Below are positions 51,290 through 63,080 of a DNA stretch of 64,000 nucleotides, piece after piece; within the stretch, counting starts at the first letter, position 1; every line of letters starts with the position of its first letter. Made by a program: the position numbers and the translations under genes. Origin of the DNA: Squalus acanthias (taxonomy: Eukaryota); assembly GCA_030390025.1 (NCBI GenBank), contig CM059431.1:138386001-138450000 (forward strand), given 5' to 3'. The notes under the pieces were generated by a model. It was not told where the DNA came from. It saw only the letters and a program-made list of their open reading frames with translations, and searched no databases.

Positions 51290-51597
51290 ATGAAGTGCGC
51301 ACAGACATGCGCGCGCACACATTCCATTGAGAAGTACCTGCCCCTAGTGGTGAGCCGGAAATAAACTGCTTCAAACAAGAACTGCAACAAAAGTGTTGTT
51401 TAACCAAAAATATCAACAGAAGCCGCATTTTCTCACGGAACTGGCGCCGGATTGTTGATATTTTTGATATTATTAAACATTAGAAATCAAAACAAAGAGA
51501 ACGGCGCTCGAACAAGACTCTTGATCAATTCTGGCTTCATTCTTTTTTTAAACAATAAATTACAGGAAGGATGTTGGATCAATGACAAACAGTAAGT
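51290..51597 (+). promoter_or_regulatory. Possible promoter and non-coding first exon for the B3GALT5-like gene
   Basis: NRF1-like catgcgcgcgc, ETS-like ccggaaat, donor A|gtaagt at 51591/51592; matching acceptor ttttacag| at 54496 just before ATG 54509. Confidence 0.35.
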
Positions 51598-51954
51598 GAG
51601 ACGGCGACCACGTATTCCATTGGTGACAGTACAAGTATTTACAAAGGAGGTCCGTCTCTATGGTAACTCATTGAAAATTGGCCAGACATCGGGAATGTGA
51701 CAATCCAGCAAGTTAAATCCCCAAACTGTGATTACATCAGCGGCTATTACTGCATCTGTGTAGCTGAGGTCGTCAGAAGCCCTCAGTCATCGGAAACGAG
51801 CAAGCTGGTGATGTATTAAATGCGGAGATTTATAACACATAAGGGAGCTGAGAATTGCTGAACTCTGATTCCTTCTATGTGTTGACAGCAGCGACTGCAG
51901 GATGCCGCTTTTTCATGTCTGGAGCTGAAACACGGAAACTGCAATACTTGATCG

Positions 51955-52036
51955 GTAGTCGTGACCATGTGGGGAAGAAGATAGATTAGAAATCCATTGG
52001 GGTCTCCCCGCGTAGGTTCAAGCTCTGAAAGCTACT
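51955..52036 (+). pseudogene. tRNA-Ser(AGA) pseudogene, full length but degenerate
   Basis: gtagtcgtg...tagaaatccattggggtctccccgcgtaggttca...ctac follows vertebrate tRNA-Ser(AGA) over 82 nt; D and T arms mutated. Confidence 0.8.
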
Positions 52037-52199
52037 GGCCTCCTCTTTCCCTTGAACAACATTCAGTGTTTGGCCTCAATCCACACGGAGCAGACGAGTG
52101 AGACATTCGGTCTGTCGGGGATATTGGAAAGATTGCTGGAGTGGTTGTGCACGGGGTAAATCAGCCACACTTTAGACTCTCCCTGTCTAATTCATTTCA

Positions 52200-54400
52200 C
52201 ATCCTTTGAGTAGCAGTTTTAAATAAGGAAAATATTACTGTACTAGAAAGAGAGAATGTCCTTGAGGGATCAAAGGCATAATCTATTTGTTTGGAATTGA
52301 GAAACAAGAAATAAACTATTACGTTACTTGATGTATTTTATAGGCCAGCAACTAGTAGGAAGGAGATAGAGGAGCAGATTTGCAAAGAAATCACTCGGAG
52401 GTGCAAAAACTATAGACGAGTAATAACGGGAGAGTTTAACTATCCCAATTGTAAATGAGGCAGTGATTGGGTTAAGGGAAGAGAAGGGGGGAATCTTTGA
52501 AGTGTGTTGAGGAGAATTTTCTTCAACAGTGTGTTTCCTGCCCAGCGAGGAACGGGGCAGTGCAGGATGTGGTCCTGGGGAATGAAGCGGGTCAGGCGGA
52601 GAATGCCACAGTTGGAGTGCATCTCGGGAATAGTGATCAAAGTATCATAAACATTAAATTCGTTATTGAGAAGGACAAGGACCAATCTAGAATTTAAAAA
52701 TAACTTGACTTCTCGAGTGCTAATTTTAATGAATTGAGGAGGGATCTGGCCCGGGTAAATTGGAGCCAAACACTGGCAGGTAAAAATGTATTGGAGCATT
52801 TGGCGACCTTTAACGATGAGATGGTTCGGGAAAAGTTAGGTACATTTTTACAAGGGTGAAAGGGAGGGCAATCAAAGCCATTGCTCCCTGGATGATGATG
52901 GGTTTAGAGAGTAAGATGAAGCAGCGAAGGGGGCATATGACAGATGTCAATGTGATAATACAAGGGAGAATCAGGCTGAATATAAAACGTGCAGAGGAGA
53001 AGTGAAAATGAAATAAGAGAGGCAAAGAGACAGTACGAGAATAGATTGACAACTAACATTAAAGGAAATCCAAAGTTCTATAGACATATTAACAGTAAAA
53101 GGGTTGTCAGAGGAGCATTGGGGCCAAAATAGAAAACTATCGGTGGAGGCAGAAGGACTGGCTGAGGTAGTAAATGAGTACTTTATTTCGGTGTTTACCA
53201 AGGAAGCGGAGTTCACTAAAGCTATGGTATACAGTAGGCAGCTTGGATACTGGATGAGATAAAAATAGATATAGAAGAGGTACTAGAAAGGCTGGCGGTA
53301 ATTAAAGTGGACTAGTGTCCCGGTCCGGATTGGATGCATCCTAGGTTGTTGGGGGAAGTAAGGGTAGAAATTCTAGAGATGCTGCCCACAATCTTCCAAT
53401 TCTCCTTAGATACAGGAGTGGTGCCAAAGCACTGGGGGATGGCAAATGCTACACCATTTTTCAAAAAATTGGACCAGGTTAAACCTGGCAATTACAGGTC
53501 AGTCAGTTTAACTGCGCTGGTGAGGAATGCTTTATAACAATAATCCGGCAGAAAAGTAACAGCCAGTTATACCAGCATGGACTAAGAAAGAGAGACAGCA
53601 GGGATATTTTAGGAACAAATCGTGTTTGACAAAGCTGATTCATTAATTTGAAGAGTTAACAGAGAGGGTGGGTGAGGGCAGTGCACTTTATGTTGGATGT
53701 ATGCACTTCTAAAAGGCATGGCTGAGGTACTAGCTGAGTACTTTCCATCTATTTTTACCAAGGAAGAAAATACTGCCATATTCAATAGGTGGTTATGATC
53801 TAGAATGCAGTCCCTGAAAGGATGGTGGAGGCAGACTCAATCCTGGCTTTCAAAAGGGAATTGGATAAAGACCTGAAAGAAAAAAATGCAGGGCTGCAGG
53901 GAAAGGGCGGGGGAGTGGGACAAGCTGAAGTGCGCTTGCAGAGAGCCGGCCCGGGGTCGACGGGACGAATGGACTCCTTCTGTGCTTTAATGGTTACGTG
54001 ATTCTATGATTCTATTCTATGAACAGGACATATTCGATAGACTTGGATGTATAGAAGATTAAGAGATGGTTAAAGTAGTTGATAGGGTAGAAAGAGACAA
54101 AGTATTTCCTTTGGTGGGTAGTCCACAGAAAAGGGCCATGACATTAAATTTAGAGCTAGGCCGTTCAGGGGTGATTTCTGGAAACAATTGTTCACACACA
54201 GGGTAGTTTAAATCTGGAATTCTCTCCCTCAAATAGTTGTTGAAGCTGGGGGTCAATGAAGGCTTCAAATCTCAGATTGATATGTTTTATTTTGGATTAC
54301 TGCACCACGGTGGGTAAATGGAGTTCAGATACAGATCAGACATGATCTAATTGAATGGCAGAACATGTTCGAGGGGCTGATTGGCCTCCTCCTACTTCTA
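52200..54400 (+). mobile_element. Old CR1 ORF2 fragments (nested/deleted)
   Basis: EENFLQQCVS..P.RNGAVQDVVLGNE, HPRLLGEV, PGNYRSVSLT and two CR1 3' tails. Confidence 0.85.
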
Positions 54401-54508
54401 TCCACTTGATACAGCCAAACAATCTTAAACTGGAAAGTGTTTCCAGTTGCAATACTCGGATTTCACCCTATTCAATGTGTTTAATTTATTTTACAGGTGA
54501 TTCAAAAT

Positions 54509-55460
54509 ATGAAGCTATTTTCTGGTAAAATATGTTGTTTCAACTTACGTCCAAAGAAACGTTCATTTGTTTGTGTCCCTTTTGCTGATACTTATTATAA
54601 TCGAATATTTAAGCCGCAACATTTCTGAACATTCTCATTACCCAGAGCTAAATGACGCTTCCTTCTTAATGCGACCCGACAGCAGGTGTGACGTCAGTCC
54701 CCCATTCCTGGTCCTACTCGTCAGCAGTGCACAGGACCAGTTCGAAGTTAGCTCGGCGATTGGCCAGACCAGGGGCAGGGAGCGGACAACACATGGCAAG
54801 AGGGTAGTGACCTACTTCCTGCTCGGGTACAGCCGGGAATATCAGGAGCATCTTCTAGAGGAAGTTTGCTGCACAAAGACATCATACAGAAAGAGTTCAG
54901 CGATACTTATTACAACCTGACCACCAAGGTGCTGATGGGCCTGGAATGGGTGAGACGATTTGTTCCGTCCGCCTCCTTTGTGATGAAAACCGATTCAGAC
55001 ATGTTTGTCAACGTTGATTATCTGAGAGAGCTCTTGTCGCGAACCAATCGCAGGAATATCTTCAACGGCTACATACAGAGCCATGCAAGACCCGTCAGGG
55101 AAAAAATCCCGTAAATGGTGCGTGAGTGAACAGGAATACCCTCTAGAATGGTATCCACCGTACTGCTCCGGCACTGGGCACGTGCTCTCGACCGATGTCG
55201 CCTGCCGAGTTTGCAACGTTTCTAAGAGCGTCCCCAAATTGAAAATCGATGACGTTTTCATCGGTCTCTGCCTGGCTGAGTTGAAGATAGAGCCGGTGGA
55301 AATTCACTCGCGCAAAATATTCCAGGAATCAAAGGTCCCGTTTTCAGTTTGTGCCTTTCGGAAACTCGTGACCACTCACAAGGTTAAACCCTACGAGGTG
55401 CTAATCTACTGGAAAACACTGGCAGATGCGGCAACTGAGGCCTGCCCTGGAGATACGTGA
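54509..55460 (+). pseudogene. B3GALT5: Beta-1,3-galactosyltransferase 5-like (GT31), single coding exon with three frameshifts
   Basis: TM anchor; PPFLVLLVSS; TYFLLG; DIIQKEFSDTYYNLTTKVLMGLEWV; FVMKTDSDMFVNVDYL; KWCVSEQEYP..YPPYCSGTG; NVSKSVP; DDVFIGLCL; FSVCAFRKLV. Frame changes near 54565, 54865 and 55105. Confidence 0.9.
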
Positions 55461-57419
55461 AGGAGGCCACCTTGAAGAGGCTTGTCATTTGCCCCGCCAA
55501 GTGTCACTTGCCCTCATACCGTTTAATGCAGCATCATTACACCCTTACGAGATATCATTATTGCTGCTGCTGGTGTGCAGGCATAATACTCACTGCACCT
55601 CCAAAACAACCTGTATAAAGTGCTTTAAAATGTTTCTGGGAGATGTGACAAGGTGTTAGGTTTACCTGTCCTATATCGGAATTTGTACATCTATTTTAAT
55701 TTCCTCCATTCGCTTCACTTTTATTAAGGATACCTCCTGTATGAACGGGCCATGCTGTAATTACACGCTTCTTCCTATGGTGGTGCTGTAGAGCCTCAGT
55801 TTGACGTCTCCCAGCTCCTCGAAATATACCACGGAAAAGCCAAATCCACATCTCTGTTTTTGAAGTTGTTATTTACCTCGGTTTCTGAACATAAATAATA
55901 ACATAAAATCAAGAAACGTAAAGATGTTTATTTTTAAGGGAATTAGCAATTGAAGCAGATGGAAGGTGAGGTGAATTTGTCTCTCGCAGTGAGTTGTTAT
56001 AGAAACATAGAAACATAGAAAATAGGTACAGGAGTAGACCATTCGGTCCTTCGAGCCTGCACCGCCATTCAATGCGTTCATGGCTGAACATGCTACCTCA
56101 GTACCCCATTCCTGCTTTCTCGCCATACCCCTTGATCCCCCTAGTTGTGAGTGTTATATCTAACTTATGATCTGGAATGCAGTGCTCTGAAAGGGTGGTG
56201 GAAGCAGTTTCTATAGTAACTTGGAAAATTAATTGGATAAATCCTAAAGGGGAAAATGTGCAGGGCTAGGGGGAAGAAGCAGGGGAGCGGGAATAAATGG
56301 AGGCACTTTCACAGAGCCGGCACAGGAACGATTTTCTTGATCATCCAATCAAATTAATCAAAGAGCTTGTTGAAAATAATGTCTGTCATTTTTTTCAGTA
56401 ACTGAATGTCTAATCTTCAAAATAACGTTCTAAATAAAAACAAAAACTTCATTTTCGCATCAACATCATTAAATCTAATGATTGCATTGTTTTTAATATT
56501 TATTTGAGGGTCTTGCATGAAGATTTACCTTCAAAGCCTCAGCATGTCTCAAAACTTGTGTTTACATGAATAGTTTTAACCTCTGAATAGTTGAATAAAT
56601 CTTTCAAAGACACATGTACATTCTGAGTTGTTCGAATTTCTGGATACCAGAAAGGCATGTTTCGTATTTCCCCCAACTACCGAACTCCAGAGCAGTTCTC
56701 TGTGTTCACAAACCTTTAGGCCACATTCGCAATGCTGCCTGATCCCAGGTCTTGCCCAGTGCTCTAACACCCTTAGATCCCCAATCATTTTCCCAAGGTC
56801 ATAATACTAATGCTAAACCGTGAGACCTCAATGTACACAAAAATACATCGATGTTCCAACACGGAAACAATCCATTCCGCCCAACCAGTCAATGGCTTTC
56901 TTTATCTTCCACACGAGCAAATAGCTCCAATCATATTGACCCGCCCTGTTCAAACTCTTTTGCGAATTTGAAGGTAATTGACAGAAGAACCTGGGGCGAC
57001 ATGAGGGAACTTTTTTTGCACAGAGAGTTGTTCTGATCGGGAATGCAATACTTGAAAGGGTGGTGGGGGCAGTTTCAATATTAAATTGCAAAATGGAATT
57101 GGAAACGACGTTAATTGCTGCTGCAAAATCCGCCCTACGGGATGTTATGAAACAAGGAGAGTTTCTTTTGTTCCGTTACACGTGTTAAATGCCCATGTGC
57201 TCCTAATTTATAGGAGAGGGGAGTCTCTCACTTTTTCCCCATTAAATTAGGTCTACAACGACTTCAGATATAATTTGCGTAAAATCATTTGCGGAGATTA
57301 CGGAAGTTCCCTCCAAGAGCGGGGCCTCACACAGAGGGACGATTATTCGAAATTCACAGATTCATTGTCCCCGTTTACACATAAGCTGATGCCACGATAA
57401 GGGACAGCTCGATCAGGCT

Positions 57420-58430
57420 GCAAATGAATGAATGGAAAGCGAGGTTTGTCGTGGTTCATGTCGGGAACAGCGACAAATGGCAAAAAGGGAGGAGTTCTTG
57501 TTGAGGGAGTATGTGGAGTCAGGAGCTAAATTAAAAACCAGGTCTTCAAGGGTTCTAATCTCAGGATTATTACCCGGGCCACGTGCTAATTACCATAGAG
57601 GTAAACAGACCAGGAAGCTGAACACGTGGCTGGATGAGTGGTGTGGGAGGGAGGGGATCCATTTCATGGGACACTTTTAAAAGTACTGGGCCAAGAGATA
57701 GCTGTACCGTTGGCACAGGCTGTACCTGAACCGGGCTGAAACCAAGTTCCTAGTGGAAAGGATAAGTAGCCTGGCAAAAATTGGCATTAAACAATTAAAT
57801 GGGGTGGGGGAGGGCTCAGTGATAAACAACAGTAAAAATGATAATTCAACGATAATAAGGATAAGAGCAGATTTCAGGTCACCACGTGATACTCCAGTGA
57901 AGGGAATACTAAAATAATTAAAGTAGTTACAGCAGGCGAGACACATAAGAAAGGTGTTAATTTAAACGATGTAAGAAAGAAAGCATTTGGTAAAAGAAGT
58001 GTGTTATATACTAATGTATGGGGAGTAAGAAACAAATTGAATGAATTGGAGCCTCAAATATGTCAAATGGATCCGAGTTTGCTGATGATACAAAGTTGGG
58101 TGTGAAAGTAAGGTGTGAGGCAGATGCAAAGATGATGCAAAGCGGTATAGACAGGTTAAGTGAGTGGGAAAGCACATGGCAGATTGAATATAACATGGAG
58201 AAGTGTGAAGTTATCCACTTTGGTAAGAAAAATTGAAAAACAGAATATTTTTAACTGGTGAGAAAACTGGTCATCTTGGAATTCATAGGGAACTGGGTGT
58301 CCTTGAACACTGCAAGTTAGCCTGCAGGTGGAGCAAGCAATTAGGAAAGCAAATGGTATATTAGCTTTTATTACACCAAGGATTGGAGTATCAGAGTAAA
58401 TAAGTGTTACTGCAATTATCTAAGTCCTTG
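57420..58430 (+). mobile_element. CR1 ORF1-esterase and RT remnants
   Basis: VLISGLLP...LNTWLDEWCGREG; FADDTKLG. Confidence 0.8.
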
Positions 58431-58780
58431 CTGGGCTCTGCAGTCATTGAGAATGGGGATGTTCATGGAGCCATCTCCTCCGGTTAATTGTTTAATTGTC
58501 CACAACCATTCATGACAGGGTGTGGCAGGACTGCAGAGCTTTGATCTGATCCATTTGTTGTGGGGTCGCTTAGCTCAGTCTTTATCATGCTGCGCCGCTA
58601 TTTAGCATGCACGTAGTCCAGTGCTGTAGCGTCACCAGATTGGCACCACATTTTCAGGTACGTCCGGTGCTGCTCCTGGCCTGCTCTTCTACACTCTTCA
58701 TTGAACCAGGTATGTTCCCCTGGTTTGATGGTAATGGCAGAGTGATGGATATGCCGGGCCATTATTAGATCGCACAGGAA
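58430..58780 (-). mobile_element. LINE ORF2 internal fragment
   Basis: ORF 58598-58849(-) ITIKPGEHTWFNEECRRA, the PWFxxxC linker motif of LINE ORF2. Confidence 0.6.
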
Positions 58781-59359
58781 ACCTGGTTCCAATGATTCGA
58801 GGTTGAACCGTACTGGGGAGAGTAATTTCACTTTATGCAGCACAGGCAAGGCTTAATACATTCCAGTATTCGCACAGCAGTTTACAGAGGACACATGAGA
58901 ATTATATTACTCCGTTATCCTATGGATAGAAACGCAACTGTGATTAAGCTGCGCCCTGTGATTCTGGACTCTCTTCTCTCATTGTCTCCCGGGTGTCTCC
59001 GTGAATCTTCCTGAAATCGTCACAATTTGTGTCTATTAAAATCCCCTTGTTATGCCCTAACTCTCACTCAAAACCTTTCATATGGAGTCCTATTGAACCA
59101 ATCGCATGCTGACACCTAAAAGCCCCCAAATCCAATCACAGAGATGCCACATCCGCACCAACTTGGCTTACGCAGGTTCTAGACTTATGACACACTTACA
59201 TCTTCTGCTTTTGACCATCAAGACTCATATTTGTGGTAGTTATGGCAGAACAACGGAACATGTCTCCAGGGGGAAGAGATATGGCGTCCTTGCTGTTTCT
59301 GTCAAAGGTTTATGTTTTAGTTTCACTGCAGACATCATAACATTCCAACACAGCGGCAG

Positions 59360-61300
59360 CGACACCTGACCTTGCTTCCCCGGCTAGCTGCACTCTTGGA
59401 GGTTTGTCCTGCTGGTTGGACAGCACATACCCACTGATAGTGATGGAGGAGCCTTGGACGTTTGCTGCTGGACTCGGCTTGTGGCAGGAGGTGAGAGAAC
59501 CAACACGAGGATGAAACCTACTTGACCTCGTCCTCACCAGCTACCTGTTGCAGATGCATCTGACTATGACAGCATTGGTAGCAGTGACCGCCGCATAATC
59601 CCTGTGGAGATGGAATCCCGTCTTCCCACTGAGGACACCCACCATCGTGTTGCGTGGCACTACCACCGTGCTAAATGGGATAGATTCAGAAAAGATCTAG
59701 CACCTCAAAGATGGGCTCCGTGAGGCGTGTGGACCATCAGCAGCAGCAGAATAGTATTCTGCCAGAATCTGTAAACTCATGGCGCGGCAAGAATGCCGTT
59801 GACAGATCGGACGCCTGCCCTGGAGAAGGGCCTCTGCAGGGGAGGGGGGGGGGGGACGCCTGCCCTGGAGAAGGGCCTCTGCGGGGGAGGGGGGGAGAGT
59901 TCCGCTTTCTGAAGAGCCTCCGCCCGCAGAAAACCCTGAGACATCTCAGGCCTGGTAAAAGTAGGCGTGAGGCCGGATTTTACCATCATAAGATTTGAAA
60001 AAAGTTAAAAAAAATTCCACTCATTTATCATTTAAAAATACTTTAAAAAAAGGTAAGTTTATTTTTAGCCCCGTAAAAAACTTTAATTATTTTATGCAAA
60101 AAATAAATTTATTGTAATTTCAACTAGTTTTAAAAATGTTATTTTTTTATCTATTTAATGGTTTACAGTGTTTCTTGAGTGATCTCCATTCTAAAATTGA
60201 AAGGTCTATCTGTCAAGTTTATGAAGGGAGATTCTCTTCGTTGATTCGCTCCCCATGACCCACGTGATCCCAGGGACGCTTGCAAACCGCATGCGCTCCT
60301 GGGATACCTGGGCCCTGCGCATTTCGAGTTGGAGAGGCCCAGGGGCGGAAGTGTCCGGACCTTGGCAGCCCTCAGGTAAGTTAGTAGATTCTTTCCAGAT
60401 TGGAGGCCTCCGCACGCGGGAAACCTCCGATCGGAAAGTACGGCCAATTTTGTTTAGTTCCTTTCGCAGTTCCGAGGATAATGAAGCCCAGATGCAGCGA
60501 GACAAGGACAACTTGCAGGTTTGGTCTGATAAATGGCAAGTAACATTCCTGACACACATATGCCAGGCAATGACATTCTCCAAAAAGAGTGAGTCTAAAC
60601 ATCTCCCGATGACATTCAACGGCAATATCATCGTCGAATCTTCCAACACCAACATCACAGCGGCCACCATTGACCAGAGATGTAACTGGACGAGCCACAT
60701 AAATAATGTGGCTGCAAGAGCAAGTCAGAGGCTGCGTAGTCGGCAGCGAGTTACTGACCTCCTGACTCCCCAAGGCCTTTCTTTCATCTACTAGCCACTA
60801 CTCTGGAGATCGGTGGATCAATCTCCAATTGCCTGGATGAGTGCAGCTAGAACAACACTCAAAAAACTCGAGACTATCCACGACAAACAGCTCCTTGATT
60901 GGCACACATCCACCAACTTAAAAGTTCACTCCATCCAACACTGGCGCACCATGGCTGCATTGTGTACCATCTACAAGATGCATTGCAGCAACTCGCCAAG
61001 GCTTCTTCTGCAGCACCCTCCAAACCCAGGACCTCTAAGACCTAGAAGGACAAGCGCAACAGGTGCATGTTAACACCTGCACATGCCTCACCAAGTAACA
61101 CACCATCCTGACTTATAAATTTATCACCGTTCCTTCATAGTCGCTGGGTCAAACACATGGAACTCCCTTCCTAACAGCATGGTGGGCGTAGTTTCAACCG
61201 ACTGCAGCGGTTCAAGCAGGCCGATCACCAACACATTTTCCAGGGGAATTAGGGATGGGCAATAAATTGTGGCCTTGACAGAGACGCCCACATCCCATGA
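59360..61300 (+). mobile_element. Internally deleted LINE (endonuclease end, RT end and 3' tail) interrupted by an unrelated insertion at about 59785-60450
   Basis: EPTRG.NLLDLVLT, IGSSD.RII, NLQVWSDKWQVTF, WTSHINNVAARASQRL. Confidence 0.75.
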
Positions 61301-62711
61301 TCAAATAAATGTTAGAATAGGGTCACAACCAGTAAAGTTAGAGGAGTGTCAACTCCAGTAACGTTAGTGTAGATTCACAACCAGCAACGTTAGAGTAGAT
61401 TCACAACCAGTAACGTTAGAGTAGAGTCACAACCAATAATGTTAGAGCAGAATCACCACAAGTAACGTTACTGTAGAGTCATCACCAGTAAGAAGAGTAT
61501 GGTCTCCACCAGTAAATTTAGAGTAGGATCACCAAAGGCAATGTTAAAGCAGTCATTACCAGTAATGTTAGAGTAGTGGCATCACCAGTAATGTTAGAGT
61601 AGAGTCACTACCAGTAATGTTAGAGTTGGGTTACCACCAGTAATGCTAGATTAAGTTCACCATAATTAAAGTTACTGCAGAATTACCACCAGTAATGTTA
61701 GTTCAGGGTCACCTCCAGCAATCGTAGAGTAGAGTCACCACCATTAATGTTAGATTAGTGTCACCACCAGTAATGTTAGAGCAGAGTCACTACCAGTAAT
61801 GTTAGAGTTCGATCACGACCAGTAATGTTAGAGTGGGCTGACCACCATTAATTTTAGAGTCTGGTCAAAACCAGTAATGTTAAATTAGGGTCACTATCAG
61901 TAATGTTAGAGCACGGTCACCACGAGTAATGTTAGAGTAATGTCACCATCAGTAATGTTAAATTAGAGGCACCTCCAGTAATGTTAGAGTTGGATCACGA
62001 CCAGTATATTAAAAGATAGTCACCACAAGTAATGTAAGAGCAGCGTCACCATCACTAATGTTAGAGTAGGGTTAGCACCACTAATGTTGGAGTAGATTCC
62101 TCACCAGTAATTTTAGTGTAGAGTCATCACCAGTAATGTTAGAATAGGGTCACCATCAGTAATTTTAGATTAGAGTCACCACCAGCAACGTTAAATTCGG
62201 GTCACCACCGATTATGTTACAGCAGAATCAAGTATTTCGCACAGAAGACATCGGAGCAGGAACAGGCCATTCGCACTTTCCAGCCTGCTCCGCATTTCAA
62301 TAAGGTCATGGCTGAACTTGTACATCAACTCCACTATTCAGCCCTATATCTTCATCCGTTGATTTCCTTTCTATCCAAAATCTATCGATTTCTCTCTTGA
62401 ATGTATCCAACGACTGACCATCCGCAGCTCTTTGTGGTAGAGCATTCAAAAGATTCACAAAGTTTTCTGTGAATACATTTCTCTTCATCTCAGTCAAAAA
62501 GGTTATTGTCAGCTCACCACCGGTAATGTGAGAGTAGGGTTACCAACAGTAATATTAGATTAGCGTCATCACCAGTCATTTTAGAGTAGGGTCACCAAAA
62601 GTTATGTTAGAATAGGCTCAACACAAGTAAGGTTAGAGAGAAGTCATCACCAGTAATGTTATACAGGAGTTCTCACCAGTAATATTAGAGCAGGAACACC
62701 AGCAGTAATAT

Positions 62712-63080
62712 GAAAGCAAAATATGCGGATGCTGGAAATCTGAAATAAAACAAGAAATGCTGGAAACACTGATCAGGTCGGGCAGCATCTGTAGAAAGAA
62801 AAACAGAGTTAACGTTTCAAGTCGATGACCCTTCGTCAGAACTGGAAAAAGTTGGAAATAAAAAAGGTTTTTAAGCAAGTGCAGGGGCAGGGAGAGTGGG
62901 GAGGAGAGGAAAGAACAAAGGGGAAGGTCTGTGATCGGAAGGAAAGCAGGGGGGGATTAAGAGGTTAAAGGGATGATGGAGCAAGGCAAAAGGAGATGGT
63001 TATAGGACAAGTTAAGAAACAAAGATGAGTCTAGATGAAGGGTAAATGGCAATAGCAGAATCATTAACAGCTGCCATGTG
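62712..63080 (-). mobile_element. Penelope-like element terminal-repeat fragment
   Basis: gcggatgctggaaatctgaaataaaa...ggcagcatctgtagaaagaaaaacagagttaacgtttc, containing a hammerhead motif on the minus strand. Confidence 0.65.
62807..62843 (-). ncRNA. Penelope-type minimal type-I hammerhead ribozyme motif, intact core
   Basis: Minus strand agtt-CTGACGA-agggtc-atc-gactt-GAAA-cgtt-aact: stem I AGTT/AACT, stem II GGGTC/GACTT, palindromic AACGTT, GUU cleavage triplet. Confidence 0.75.

Noticed and set aside
51337..51352. CTCF-like ccactaggggcag on the minus strand
   Set aside because: One G short of the core spacing; weak match.
51808..51868. Possible C/D-box snoRNA (GTGATGT...CTGA)
   Set aside because: Imperfect C box, no terminal stem and no recognisable rRNA guide.
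58785..59342. Possible second solo LTR (ends ...cataaca)
   Set aside because: No matching TG start or TSD could be identified.
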